Virus record (IMG/VR): IMGVR_UViG_3300045902_000324
Location: 33,463-97,462 of that record
Strand: one strand, 5' to 3'
From: a virus
Length of the DNA: 64,000 nt
Shown: in pieces, positions 26,843 through 37,156 of the stretch
Numbering within the stretch: the stretch's first letter is position 1
Layout: every line of letters starts with the position of its first letter
Translations under genes and position numbers: made by a program
Notes under the pieces: model-generated
The model's input: the letters and a program-made list of their open reading frames with translations, nothing else
The model's database searches: none
What the model was told of the DNA's origin: nothing

Positions 26843-29764
26843 TCATTTCAAATTTTTTGAAACCAAGTCGGTGAGGGACATTCCGACAATCTTGTTTAGA
26901 CCCTTGTTCCCCTGTGGGCAGGTTGGGTCAATTAGGCAGGATGGGCACCCGAAATTACAGGCGCAGCTATGTGACAAGTCCAGCGATCGCTCACAGAACG
27001 TGACCATCTCCTCAAAGATGGATTGAACAGCACCGCTGCCGCCGGAACTGGTGTCATACAGCCGCACCTTGAAGGCGCTCCATCCGTTCGAGTCATAAAG
27101 CGGTGTCTCCGGTTCATCTACTCTTGCTTTTTTGGGTTGCTCAACCATAGCGTTTAGGTCATAACGGCTGAACAACGTCACCAGTGGCGTCGCAAACTTC
27201 ATGCCGTGGGCGAACGAATGCAACCCTAAAAACACTGGGTCAGCGTCCCACAGAGGGTCTGCCCCATCCGCCAAGGCAACGTTGAGATCACCATTGAATA
27301 TGTCAAGCGCTTTCGCTTTGGCAACCTCAACCTGCCGAATGATTTCCGAGCACATGTCCATGTCAAACTCGACCGACAAAACGGGTGCATCGAACCCGCT
27401 ATGATAGGGCGCTTCAAACGTTTCCATGTTCACTACAGTCTTTTTCTTGTGAGCTTTCATTTTCATCCGGCATGACGCACACGTATCTCGTTCCGTGCTT
27501 TGGTCTTTGTTGTGCAATCCGCAGTTGGAGCGCCCACAGCGATGCGTCGTGACTTCCTCGACTTCGTTATAGCCGAACGTGGTTCTCACCACTCGCCCCC
27601 AGTCAAGGCTGATCCGGATTCTCCCGGTCACATCCTCCAAAATCTTAGGCTCCATTAAACCTTTCAACGGAGTGACGTTGAGCGAACCCAAAGCTTGAGT
27701 TGAGTATTCAGGCTGATCGATTTTCTTCAGCCTGGCCACGCGCTTTTTCATATCCAACTCTTCGCTGACGAACCAATCGAGTCCATCATCTGAACCGAGC
27801 GAACTGGCTTTGTAAATTGCGCCTGGATACACCTCGCTGATAGCCAGGGCATCATCCATCTGCTCGATTTCATCACCTGTGGCGGCATCTTTTACCGATA
27901 CAGTGAACCCCCCCGTGCCGCGCATGTTCACCTCACCGTGAGGGTTAGTCTCCTTGCTGCTGACCATCCCTTGATCCACCGCCAGCGCTCCGCGAGTCAC
28001 CATTTTTTCTAGAACAGCACTGCCGATCCAGCCGAACGTTTCGGACACATGGCTTGCGGGCAGATACCCCTCTCTACCAGCGCAGGACAAGTGGCGTCCC
28101 ACTGTGATCGGGTAGTCAGGGTTCGACTCGGCAAACTCCGCAGCGCCGTGCAGCAGCAATTCAGGCTGTTTTGAGTAGTACGAGTCTAGGTAGTCGTTCG
28201 CTGAGGGGACGAAGATCACCAACCCCGGTGCCGTTCGCCCACATCGCCCCATGCGTTGCCGTGTGGACATGATCGAGCCACCATAGCCAGCCAGGATTAC
28301 AAACCGCAGATCGGGTAGATCGATCCCTGCTTCCAGCGCAGACGTGCTAATCACACAGCTTTTGTCCTTGGTAGACAGCGCCCTAATGATTTCGGCCCGG
28401 TCTTCAGTTTTGAGACTGCCGTAATAACCCATTACCTGCTGTCCGATATCTCGCCGCCCTTGCTTTGCAGACATTTCCTTGATCTGCGACACAAGAGATT
28501 TTGTACGATCTCGGCTGTTCGTGAACACGATGCCGCTCAGGTTCGCAGCGATCGCAGAAATTGCAGCACTGACAACCGTGGCATTTAGACTTTTCTGGGG
28601 CTTAAGTGCGAGGAACACTCGCCCTTTACTGCCTGCGGTAGACTTCTCCACAGAATGCAACCGACCTGGGCACTTATCCCAGCCCGCCAGCTTACAAGCA
28701 AGTTTTTGTGGGTTCCCGACTGTGGCAGACGCCACAATCCATTGAACTTTGCGCTCTGCGACCATTGTGGTCGGCAACGCAGATAGATACTCCCGCTCGT
28801 CAGCAGGCAACGGTGGCAATGCGTCTTCTAGTGCAAGAACGTCAACATTTCCTCGCATCATGCTCACCGTGTTCACAGCGCCACGGATGCGCCGACACAG
28901 GTTAATCATGTTTCCGCCGAACACGCCTCGGTACGTATGCCCTTCATCAATTACGATAAATTTCAAGTTCAAGAAGAATCGTCGCAATCCCTCCCACGCC
29001 TCTCCCTTAGTGACGTTGTTGAGCATCCAGTGGAGCACGTCTGGACTCATACAGAGGATGCGGCACGTATCAAGCAGCGCGGGCCGCCTGGCGCTAGGTA
29101 TATCGCCTGTGATGAGCGCGATGGGAACAGGTGTAGGTAACCTATTGTTAATCTCCGCCATTTTCGCGGATTGATCATTGGCAAGTGCCTTGATTGGATA
29201 GACGAACAGCGCTGTCTTGGTCGGGTCACGCAACAGCGCATCGAATATACCTGGAAGAAAACAACCTGTCTTTCCCGATGCGGTCGGTGTGAACAATCCC
29301 AATCCTTTTCCACAGCGGAGCGCCTCAAAGCTCTCAGCCTGGTGACGATAAAGCCGTGGAAAGGGCAATGCTCCTGCGACATCTGGATGAAGGTCTTCTG
29401 GAATCGGCACGTACTCTGCTGGCTGGGGCTGCTCTACTTCGACGTAATTAAGATCGCCTGACTCGACAAGTGCCCACGCAATATTCCGAAACGTCACCTC
29501 TTGAATTTTCTGAACGATTTCTTGGATACTCCGTTCTGTTGCGTCGAACCGAGGCTGGGAAATCACACCGTCAGCGATCGCATTTTCCCAATCCAGGACA
29601 ATACCGTTCTCGAAATACGCAAATCTTCCAACGATTGCTTGGCAGGTCTGGTTTCTGCCAACAGCGCCAATGAAAGCTGGTTTTTCGGGCGTCAGCCAGT
29701 CTGGGGGGTCACCTATCTCAGGTTCAGCCGTTGCTACGTTGATTAATTCGAGATCTAGATCCAT
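26843..29764 (-). CDS. DEAH-box helicase with C-terminal DUF1998 (YprA/MrfA/Hrq1-like)
   Basis: LYRHQ, TPTASGKT, YPIKALANDQ, DEGHTYRGVFG, SAT, QRMGRCGR, YDTSSGGSG, CACNFGCPSC. Confidence 0.92.
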   Translation of the reverse strand: MDLDLELINVATAEPEIGDPPDWLTPEKPAFIGAVGRNQTCQAIVGRFAYFENGIVLDWENAIADGVISQPRFDATERSIQEIVQKIQEVTFRNIAWALVESGDLNYVEVEQPQPAEYVPIPEDLHPDVAGALPFPRLYRHQAESFEALRCGKGLGLFTPTASGKTGCFLPGIFDALLRDPTKTALFVYPIKALANDQSAKMAEINNRLPTPVPIALITGDIPSARRPALLDTCRILCMSPDVLHWMLNNVTKGEAWEGLRRFFLNLKFIVIDEGHTYRGVFGGNMINLCRRIRGAVNTVSMMRGNVDVLALEDALPPLPADEREYLSALPTTMVAERKVQWIVASATVGNPQKLACKLAGWDKCPGRLHSVEKSTAGSKGRVFLALKPQKSLNATVVSAAISAIAANLSGIVFTNSRDRTKSLVSQIKEMSAKQGRRDIGQQVMGYYGSLKTEDRAEIIRALSTKDKSCVISTSALEAGIDLPDLRFVILAGYGGSIMSTRQRMGRCGRTAPGLVIFVPSANDYLDSYYSKQPELLLHGAAEFAESNPDYPITVGRHLSCAGREGYLPASHVSETFGWIGSAVLEKMVTRGALAVDQGMVSSKETNPHGEVNMRGTGGFTVSVKDAATGDEIEQMDDALAISEVYPGAIYKASSLGSDDGLDWFVSEELDMKKRVARLKKIDQPEYSTQALGSLNVTPLKGLMEPKILEDVTGRIRISLDWGRVVRTTFGYNEVEEVTTHRCGRSNCGLHNKDQSTERDTCASCRMKMKAHKKKTVVNMETFEAPYHSGFDAPVLSVEFDMDMCSEIIRQVEVAKAKALDIFNGDLNVALADGADPLWDADPVFLGLHSFAHGMKFATPLVTLFSRYDLNAMVEQPKKARVDEPETPLYDSNGWSAFKVRLYDTSSGGSGAVQSIFEEMVTFCERSLDLSHSCACNFGCPSCLIDPTCPQGNKGLNKIVGMSLTDLVSKNLK

Positions 29765-29790
29765 AGCCAGTTCCGATTGGGTTCTCTAAT

Positions 29791-29819
29791 ATCGTAACAA
29801 CTTGCAGTTTTTGTGTCAA
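29791..29819 (-). promoter_or_regulatory. Promoter TTGACA-N17-TACGAT
   Basis: Upstream of the helicase, divergent from the HTH gene. Confidence 0.8.
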
Positions 29820-29898
29820 TATGTTTTAATTTATTGAGCGGAATCCGCCATTTTATTGATCTTTGTGGTTTATATAAGATATATAACTAGTGTAGTAT

Positions 29899-30534
29899 GT
29901 GCTTCTAGGAGTTCCCTTGTTAGAAAACCTTATTAAAAAGCTGTCCGATCATGTGGGCGGAGAGAGAGCTTTATCAAGATTGTCTGGAATATCGAAGTCC
30001 AGTTTGTCCAAGATAGCAACCGGGGAGTCCGATAAGCTCTCCCCGGAAAACCTGATAAGACTTGCTGAGACTACTCAACACTTGCTGGCAGACGGAAACC
30101 CTTTGCGAGATGAGATGGGACGAGATGTAGTCTACAGCGAGATCGAATTGATAGGGTTGGCATTTGGACTAGCGACGCCTCCCACACCAGTGGACTTATC
30201 CCCTGTAGCCGCATTCATTCGTGGAATACTTGCAGCACACGGGTACAATCCCTTTCAAAAATCTACTCTCGGTGCCGGAATTGACTGGTTCTTGGGACAT
30301 TGTGCATTGTCAAAACTAACACCGGAAGTTAAAGAACAAAGAACGCAAACAATCCGGCTGTTGATTCGAGGCGATATCCGTATCGAACCGACCGACCCGA
30401 TCTTGACTACTATCTCCAGAGCGATTAGCAAAATCGACGGAGTGCCGTCAATTACCCCACTCATGCTACGGTCGATGCTGACGGACTCGCCCACAGAGGT
30501 CGAGCATGTGGACGAGCCTTGCCTAACACATTAA
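29899..30534 (+). CDS. XRE-type HTH regulator (candidate repressor)
   Basis: RALSRLSGISKSSLSKIATG..LSPENLIRLA; divergent orientation. Confidence 0.75.
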   Translation: MLLGVPLLENLIKKLSDHVGGERALSRLSGISKSSLSKIATGESDKLSPENLIRLAETTQHLLADGNPLRDEMGRDVVYSEIELIGLAFGLATPPTPVDLSPVAAFIRGILAAHGYNPFQKSTLGAGIDWFLGHCALSKLTPEVKEQRTQTIRLLIRGDIRIEPTDPILTTISRAISKIDGVPSITPLMLRSMLTDSPTEVEHVDEPCLTH

Positions 30535-31232
30535 GCGCTTGCGCGTGCCCGCCAAAACTCATCCTGCCAACATGCCTGCTCTGCTCTGGATCGAGTAATT
30601 GTCACCACTTCTCGCTCTCCCCATAGGGATGCAGTTATGACTTTGCCCCAGTCACGACCTTGCCATTCGTGCGTGTACGTCATGCTGTGTGTCTTTACGT
30701 CTGGGTTTACTGAGTTAATTTCCAGCAAATCCAGTATCACTTTGAGGCGGCTGTATTCGACTACGTGAGCCATCGGATCAATCGCCTCACCTAAGATCTG
30801 ATCAATTGGCTTATAAAGAACCCGGTGATTCCCCAACCGTGGAGCGACATCTAGACACCGATAGCCGTCACTCCGTGAGTGTACATAGTACGTAGCGGAT
30901 TCGGTTAGGACTGATAGCAGGCTGGAATGTGACCGCATAAATTCAGATTCCATAGCACGCGCCTTGATAAAACTTCCGGGGCGGATATGGTCATAAACTT
31001 CACCGCCTACTATCAGTTCTATCCCGAAATGCGTACCGTTTAGTGTAGGGTACACATCACTGAGGAGATCTGCCGCTTCCTCAGAGGGCAACGTTAGCCG
31101 CAGTGTGTCGTTTTCTACATTTAGTCTCAAATCACTCAGTTTTATTTTGTAGTCGATCCTGAGTGCGTTTAGGGTTGAAATGAACGGATACAACATCAGC
31201 AAATATAGAAATAAAGCGGAGATCTCTAGCAT
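30531..31232 (-). CDS. Hypothetical protein with PAS-like C-terminal domain
   Basis: DGYRCLDV..LYKPIDQILG..TY..EVVTITR resembles cyanobacterial PAS domains; start uncertain. Confidence 0.5.
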   Translation of the reverse strand: MLEISALFLYLLMLYPFISTLNALRIDYKIKLSDLRLNVENDTLRLTLPSEEAADLLSDVYPTLNGTHFGIELIVGGEVYDHIRPGSFIKARAMESEFMRSHSSLLSVLTESATYYVHSRSDGYRCLDVAPRLGNHRVLYKPIDQILGEAIDPMAHVVEYSRLKVILDLLEINSVNPDVKTHSMTYTHEWQGRDWGKVITASLWGEREVVTITRSRAEQACWQDEFWRARASA

Positions 31233-31258
31233 CTCCGCCTGGGCTTGGCATACGCGGT

Positions 31259-32452
31259 CTAGTCTGAGACGTGGGGAGCATCGATGGTATCGTAAACGGG
31301 ATCGGCGTCTAGTCCGGTATCTTGACCAAACATTTCCACAAGTGGGACAAGTAGACTGTCGATTTTTTCTTCCGCGTCACGAATATATACGACCTCGATC
31401 TTGTGGGTTTCAATCCAGCCAATCAACCGATCAAACTTTTCAGGTGTGTCGGTTCGTTCTGCCAGATCATTCAAAGTTCTCCAGAACGACGTTTCCTCTA
31501 TTACCTGGGGAACGACGACCTGGGCAGCGCGGACATCAATCGGGCGATCGCGTTCAGGCTGCAACTGTGGAACCGCCATTGGCGCAGACCCCGTAAGCGC
31601 TGCCGCCTGCTGAACCCGCTGAGCCAACCCAAGGCGCTGTTGGCTCTGAATAATCATGGAAACGCTGGCGTAGTAGTCCGGGTCAAACTCAACAAAGATG
31701 TTGTGGTCTATTCTCGTGCTCCGTTCGCCCGTAATTACCATGCCGCCGCCATCACCCTTGATTCGCTTCCGCTGAGAGTTCGCTTGCTCTCGCCGCGAGA
31801 CGACAATCGGAATCCCCTGGAGAGACACAAAGAAATCTGGACATAGCTGGTTGACGCGCCGTATCGTCTCTCCGATCTGCATGAACGATCTGCCAATAGT
31901 CTGCACGTCGAACCACGCCCCGCTGTGTATCTTATAGATCAGCGGTTGATTCATCTCCGGGATTTCAACGTAGAACTCGACTTGAAGCCGAGCGCCACAT
32001 TCAGGCTTTTCAGCAGGGTGCTTCCCTTCCATGCAGCACTTGATCGGGCACCCTGTGGCATCTGTTGGATTGAACACCATGAACTGACCAGCGTGTTCTC
32101 GTGTCTGGAGCACATGTCTACCGTCGCACAATCGATTCAGCGACCCCTTGCCACCCTTTTTATCTGTTCCGTATAGCTTGAACGATGTTTCAAAGATTCT
32201 GTCAGCTTCATCGAAGGGCAGAATCGCCCTAAACGACTTCGGCTCCGGGCCAAACGCATCTGTCCACAGATCTGCCAGATGCTCGTATCCGTCTGCTGGA
32301 TGCAGTCGAAAGTAGTCACGGTCTTTGGGCATTTTGCGGCCGGCCGCTTCGGCTTCTTCTTTACTCTCACCTTTTTTAATCGTCGCGCCAATCGGAGGGC
32401 GCGGCGGGCCCTGCCGCTCTAGAAATTCTGTAACTTGTGCTAAATGGGGCAT
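31259..32452 (-). CDS. Gp3-like / recombination-directionality-factor-like protein
   Basis: GATIKKG..PKDRDYFRL N-terminus, CDG and Cys cluster, LQGIPIVVSR. Confidence 0.6.
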   Translation of the reverse strand: MPHLAQVTEFLERQGPPRPPIGATIKKGESKEEAEAAGRKMPKDRDYFRLHPADGYEHLADLWTDAFGPEPKSFRAILPFDEADRIFETSFKLYGTDKKGGKGSLNRLCDGRHVLQTREHAGQFMVFNPTDATGCPIKCCMEGKHPAEKPECGARLQVEFYVEIPEMNQPLIYKIHSGAWFDVQTIGRSFMQIGETIRRVNQLCPDFFVSLQGIPIVVSRREQANSQRKRIKGDGGGMVITGERSTRIDHNIFVEFDPDYYASVSMIIQSQQRLGLAQRVQQAAALTGSAPMAVPQLQPERDRPIDVRAAQVVVPQVIEETSFWRTLNDLAERTDTPEKFDRLIGWIETHKIEVVYIRDAEEKIDSLLVPLVEMFGQDTGLDADPVYDTIDAPHVSD

Positions 32453-32459
32453 GATTCAC

Positions 32460-32951
32460 CTACGCTAGTTTTCTCGACCATCGACCACCAGCAACCAAGA
32501 AATCCTGAACTGAAACGTAAACGCCGACAATCAGTGTCTCCCATGCCTGGGGTACTGCTTGATCTAGCGGCAGACTTAGATCCACAGCAATACTTGTGGA
32601 CGGGCTGACTGAGCTACGGTAAGGGCGCTCGATCTGCCAAGTCTGCGAAAACCCTAGTCTGACGTTCACGATTTCCATTCCGACAGCGATATCTAATGGG
32701 GAAATCAGGGTCGCAATTGTGGGCGGTTCATCGGGTTCTGGGGCACCATTCTTGTGGGTCGCCTTGGGGGACGCCCCACTGAGAATTGGCTTTGCCCCAA
32801 CCTCCAAAATTTTCCTAGCTAGACGCATCCCTTCCGAGTATACGTCGGCCCACGACTGCTCGGATTCAACTTCGATGAATACATCGAATTTTATTGGCTC
32901 AAACATCGACTGAGGACAAAACGTTCTCGCTAGAGTGACGGACGTTTTCAT
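32460..32951 (-). CDS. Hypothetical protein
   Basis: 163-aa ORF behind promoter 32980-33008. Confidence 0.65.
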   Translation of the reverse strand: MKTSVTLARTFCPQSMFEPIKFDVFIEVESEQSWADVYSEGMRLARKILEVGAKPILSGASPKATHKNGAPEPDEPPTIATLISPLDIAVGMEIVNVRLGFSQTWQIERPYRSSVSPSTSIAVDLSLPLDQAVPQAWETLIVGVYVSVQDFLVAGGRWSRKLA

Positions 32952-33001
32952 GGGTGTGGTGAAAAAGTGGTTACATTTAATCGTAATCTTTTGGGCTATT
33001 T

Positions 33002-33391
33002 ATGTCAATCGGATTTGAACTCATATTGCTCCATCTGACTGCTGATTTCGTACTTCAGACTACATGGATGGCTACCAAGAAGCATACCTCTTTGTGGGCG
33101 GCAATCGTCCACGGTGCCGTATATACGGCTCCATTTCTGCTTGTGTCAATTGACCCGTTCGTGTTGTTCACATTGTTCTGGACGCACACCATTATCGATC
33201 ATTACCGGATTGCGTCTGTCGTTCCGCGATTCACAAACTGGTCTTGGACAGACTGGACGTGGCACGGCTGGCTAGACTATCGCAGTTACAACCCAAACGC
33301 GCAGCCAAGCTACTTCAGCGGCAGCCTTATGTGGCTGAACATTGCGATCGACCAAATTCTCCACCTGTGGATCATCTACTGGGTGTTTTGA
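33002..33391 (+). CDS. DUF3307-family membrane protein
   Basis: HLTADFVLQTTWMATKK, HGAVY, HTIID, DQILH. Confidence 0.85.
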   Translation: MSIGFELILLHLTADFVLQTTWMATKKHTSLWAAIVHGAVYTAPFLLVSIDPFVLFTLFWTHTIIDHYRIASVVPRFTNWSWTDWTWHGWLDYRSYNPNAQPSYFSGSLMWLNIAIDQILHLWIIYWVF

Positions 33392-34080
33392 CTGATCTGG
33401 ATGCAATGATCCGGTGAGATGCCGCTGGCACCCCTCCGAGCGTAGTAATCCATCCACACCAGCCAGGGCACGTTCCCGACCAGATCTAGCCAGGAATTGT
33501 GCGGAGTACTCCCCATCCGCAGGCATCGAAACGCCAATACCCTCATAATCCGGGTGGCGTAGAAGTTCTGCCCTACAAACAGTTCTTGCGCCTGCCGCGT
33601 GGACTGGAGATTCACTGCAAAGCAGTGTTGCAGATCTATTGAGCAGTAGTTGACCAGCTTTCCTTGCACAAATCTACTCTTGACAGGCTTGCGGGATCGC
33701 CATGCCACAAATACTAGGTGCGACGAGTGGCGCAGGGTGCCGCGCTGTTTTGCGATTTCCTGCCTCGCCTTCACCTCGAACGCCCTGCGCCATGGATGGG
33801 AATCGCCAGTAGTCCCGGCTGTCGCTCGAAACTGGGCCAGGTTGACGCACAGCAGAAGCAAGTCTCGATCAGCAGTTTGCTCCACACATTCCCACAAGCA
33901 GACTAGCCCTGGAAACACATCGGGCTGATCGAACAATAGCCGTAACCCGCACCCGCTGTGGCTGTAACTTTCTACTGGCTTTTCAAGGGGTTGCCCGTCC
34001 TGCCGGAGTCCAACAACTCCGCGCAGCCAGTCCACCAGTCTCGATATCACATCTTGCATCGGAGATAGTGCCCCGAACAA
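33376..34080 (-). CDS. Hypothetical protein (true start probably near 33990)
   Basis: Long ORF continuing the operon; the 5' part overlaps the upstream gene. Confidence 0.45.
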   Translation of the reverse strand: MFGALSPMQDVISRLVDWLRGVVGLRQDGQPLEKPVESYSHSGCGLRLLFDQPDVFPGLVCLWECVEQTADRDLLLLCVNLAQFRATAGTTGDSHPWRRAFEVKARQEIAKQRGTLRHSSHLVFVAWRSRKPVKSRFVQGKLVNYCSIDLQHCFAVNLQSTRQAQELFVGQNFYATRIMRVLAFRCLRMGSTPHNSWLDLVGNVPWLVWMDYYARRGASGISPDHCIQISQNTQ

Positions 34081-34453
34081 TCAGACCGAAAACAGCCAAA
34101 GCACCCGCAATCAATAGCCCGTGTGTGACTGCATCTTGAATGCTGAGCAGCACGCTCGGCGTCTCTTTTCTATAGTTCAACGGAGGAGAATACCGATCAA
34201 TGGCGATCGCCTCTTCGTGCTTTCGTCGCCGCTCGTTCAGATAGACTTTGTACCGGATATGCGTGACGCCATTTCTCTTCAGTTCGTCTGTCTTGTGGTG
34301 CGGGCCGTAGCCACTGTTGTCTGTCCAGCGCCGCCGCAAGTTGGAGGATTCGCCCACATATAGTAGGCGGAAACGACTGTAGCAGTAATAGACTCCGGGC
34401 TGAGCGGGTAACGTGTGACGATGTTTCCATGCAACCTGTTTAGTGGACATCAA
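33983..34453 (-). CDS. GIY-YIG nuclease domain with C-terminal hydrophobic segment
   Basis: LPAQPGVY..LLYVGESSNLRRRW..E..PPLN followed by LLIAGALAVFGLIV. Confidence 0.85.
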   Translation of the reverse strand: MMSTKQVAWKHRHTLPAQPGVYYCYSRFRLLYVGESSNLRRRWTDNSGYGPHHKTDELKRNGVTHIRYKVYLNERRRKHEEAIAIDRYSPPLNYRKETPSVLLSIQDAVTHGLLIAGALAVFGLIVRGTISDARCDIETGGLAARSCWTPAGRATP

Positions 34454-35718
34454 ATTTTTTTATCCTGACACTGAGCTGATTTCTCTGGGTCGATTGTTCC
34501 GAACGTCTGGTCGCCCGATATCCCCGGAATAGCCGTTATGGGGTCTATAACTAATCCAGAGGTATCTGTTATCTCGAAATGTGAGTGCGGGCCAGACGAG
34601 TTGCCAGTGCTTCCCATCCGAGCGATCGCATCACCCTGGTCTACGGTGTCACCGACCTTCACCAGGTTCTCGGAGTTGTGTCCGTACAGTGACTTGGTGC
34701 CGTCAGCGTGCTTAAGAATCACCTTATTCCCAAGTCCATCGCCCACATCGCCCGAACTGATCACTGTGCCGGACTTCGCTGCCAGGATAGGCATACCGAC
34801 CGGGCCAGCCATGTCTATGCCGTAATGACACATTCTAAACTTGGGATCTTGATGGTCACGCCAACCAAACCCGCTAGTGAATATGGCACCTGGGACTGGG
34901 TTGATCCACCCGCCTCCGCCACTGCTCTTACCTGATGTTGTCGGCTTCTTCAGCGCCAACACCTTGTCGATCGCATCCATGCGCCGCTGCTGGTCTTGCT
35001 CAATCGTGATGCCGTTTTTGGTGATGCCTGGTGCATCGCCCTGGTAGCTTTCGACGCGGGCGCAAAGGATATCCCCCTTGCACTGCTTCAGGTACTTAGC
35101 GAAATCTGCTCCCGCCGCTGGCGATTGATTCAGTAAGTCTGCGGCATTCAGCCACACTTTAGGATCGTTAGGCAGCTCAGGAGCTATCGAATCAAGCTGA
35201 CCGCGCAGCCGCGTCAGTTGCTTTTGGTCTGCCGCCTCCGGAGAGGCAGCACCATGCTGATAAGAGAACGTCCCCATATTGGTAACGCCGTTGCCGGGGT
35301 CGGCATGGCTGCCATAGGCGCTGGTCTTGCCGCCGTCTGGGGTGCGAGTCCCCTCAGCATTGCCGACAGCGATCGCCACAAGCGAATCAGCCCCACCTTC
35401 AAACATCTGATCGATGCTGGTGGGCGCTGCTCCGGTATCAAGCTCCTGATCAGCCAGCTCTGCATCCGCCAGAGCACTAGCCGCCAGCGCATCAGGAACA
35501 GACAGCTTCGGTACTCCTGGCACTGCGTTATACGTCTGGATCATCCTGATCGCAACCAGCGACACCTTGTGTGGGGCTGTCAGGATCAGGATGAACGCGA
35601 TTGTCAGCGCCCCCATCTGGGCATACCAACCAAGCGGCGGGCGTTGCATCTCCTTCAGATCTTCAGGAGTGACCCGCCCTGTTACGTTGTAGGTCATGAC
35701 TTTTCTCGGCTTTGACAT
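34450..35718 (-). CDS. Membrane-anchored M23 peptidase with central lysozyme-like domain
   Basis: N-terminal TM; AEGTRT..DPGNG..GTFSYQH; HYGIDM, YGHN, STGNSSGPHSHFE. Confidence 0.88.
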   Translation of the reverse strand: MSKPRKVMTYNVTGRVTPEDLKEMQRPPLGWYAQMGALTIAFILILTAPHKVSLVAIRMIQTYNAVPGVPKLSVPDALAASALADAELADQELDTGAAPTSIDQMFEGGADSLVAIAVGNAEGTRTPDGGKTSAYGSHADPGNGVTNMGTFSYQHGAASPEAADQKQLTRLRGQLDSIAPELPNDPKVWLNAADLLNQSPAAGADFAKYLKQCKGDILCARVESYQGDAPGITKNGITIEQDQQRRMDAIDKVLALKKPTTSGKSSGGGGWINPVPGAIFTSGFGWRDHQDPKFRMCHYGIDMAGPVGMPILAAKSGTVISSGDVGDGLGNKVILKHADGTKSLYGHNSENLVKVGDTVDQGDAIARMGSTGNSSGPHSHFEITDTSGLVIDPITAIPGISGDQTFGTIDPEKSAQCQDKKI

Positions 35719-35851
35719 TGACTGTGGATGATGACTATCTACGGGCGCTGTCGCACGATCGCAGCGTTCATAAATACAGCTATGTATTCTTCAATCGTTT
35801 TCTGTTGGCGTTTCTGTGCCCAGCGCCGGGGGCGTACTTCTTTCATAATGT

Positions 35852-37075
35852 CTAAGGGGTTTCTGGTTCTGTCGTTGATTGCGGTTCAGGAGTTTGCTCC
35901 GGCTCCGGCGGTGCCTCATTTTCTGTGGGCACTCGTGCATCACCGGGTAACGGTTTTGCCACAGCGCCCGGTGTCTTGATTTTCAGGAATCTTTCGATCA
36001 GGTTGATTGTTGGCGGCGTGTACTCTCGATCGCCTTGCCAGTCCTGCCCGTCAATCTTGGCAACTTCGACATGAGCGTGCGGGCCAGTAGACGTACCTGC
36101 CTCCGGCGTTCCGTTGTCTGCGCCAGTGGTGCCTAGCAAAGTGCCGGGTTTCACCTCGCCATCTGGCACGTCAATCGTCTTCATGTGGCACACCTGCACC
36201 ATGTGCCCGCCTTCTTTCGGGAGCAGCAGCAAGACTTGTCCACATCCTCCTGTCTCAGCCGGGGTGCGAGTCTTTGCAGTGCCCGCAAATGGCATGAAAA
36301 TTTGAAAGCTTCCGCCGATGTCCACACCGTTGTGCATTGACGGCTGACCCGTCACAGGGTGCGTTCCCCGAAATCGCATGGTGTCCGTCACCTTCAACAC
36401 ACCTTGAGGCGAGTTGAAATCGATCAGCGACTCAACGCGAGTACCTTTGAAAGGATCGCCCGTGAATCCATCCGCAATGACATCGACTATGGCGTTCGAC
36501 GTATCGACTGGCACTGTGGCAATCCCCTGCACCAGCGGATACAGTACGCGCAGCCACAACGTCAGAATGACGATCGCCATCAGCATGTGCCGCATCAGCA
36601 CAAACTTTGACATGTAGCGCTTTTTGTTGACGAGCGCTTCAACCAACGTCTCCACCCAGGCGACAGACTCTTGCAACGGAGCCTGCACTTGAGCTAGATG
36701 TGCCGCCATGCGCGACTCTATATCGTTAGCGACTCCTTCAAGGTAGTCACCTCGCCCAGCCAAACGCTTTTTCTCAAAGTGCTGACGAATAGATTGTTGT
36801 CGCGCTTTACGACGAGCCTCTTTAGCCGCAGCAGCACTTGTCTCTTCAGCAAACGTTTCCATGTCTATCCAGTCGAAGCCCACAGACTCCGCCTGGTAGT
36901 CGTCAGTGTACCAGTTGGCAGGATACTCCTCTGCTACAACTTCAGCGTCACGAACGTCTTCTGGCGCATCATCGATCTCGCGGAAATCGGTGACACGTCT
37001 TGACGTATCTTTTGGTGCGGGCGTTACTGGCTCGAACGTTACGTCCTGAATGTCTGGGGGCTTAACTTTTGGCAT
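35852..37075 (-). CDS. Membrane-anchored M23 peptidase
   Basis: Acidic N-terminus, TM, HPVTG..HNGVDI, STGPHAHVE. Confidence 0.85.
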   Translation of the reverse strand: MPKVKPPDIQDVTFEPVTPAPKDTSRRVTDFREIDDAPEDVRDAEVVAEEYPANWYTDDYQAESVGFDWIDMETFAEETSAAAAKEARRKARQQSIRQHFEKKRLAGRGDYLEGVANDIESRMAAHLAQVQAPLQESVAWVETLVEALVNKKRYMSKFVLMRHMLMAIVILTLWLRVLYPLVQGIATVPVDTSNAIVDVIADGFTGDPFKGTRVESLIDFNSPQGVLKVTDTMRFRGTHPVTGQPSMHNGVDIGGSFQIFMPFAGTAKTRTPAETGGCGQVLLLLPKEGGHMVQVCHMKTIDVPDGEVKPGTLLGTTGADNGTPEAGTSTGPHAHVEVAKIDGQDWQGDREYTPPTINLIERFLKIKTPGAVAKPLPGDARVPTENEAPPEPEQTPEPQSTTEPETP

Positions 37076-37156
37076 GATTATACGCGGGGCTGCTTTACAT
37101 ATCGTCTATCATCTACCTTAACTTTGTCAAGCGTAATCCGTTGAAAATATGTTGGT

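Noticed and set aside
26843-29764. DISARM/Druantia defence system (DUF1998 helicase)
   Set aside because: No partner genes; the context is phage replication.
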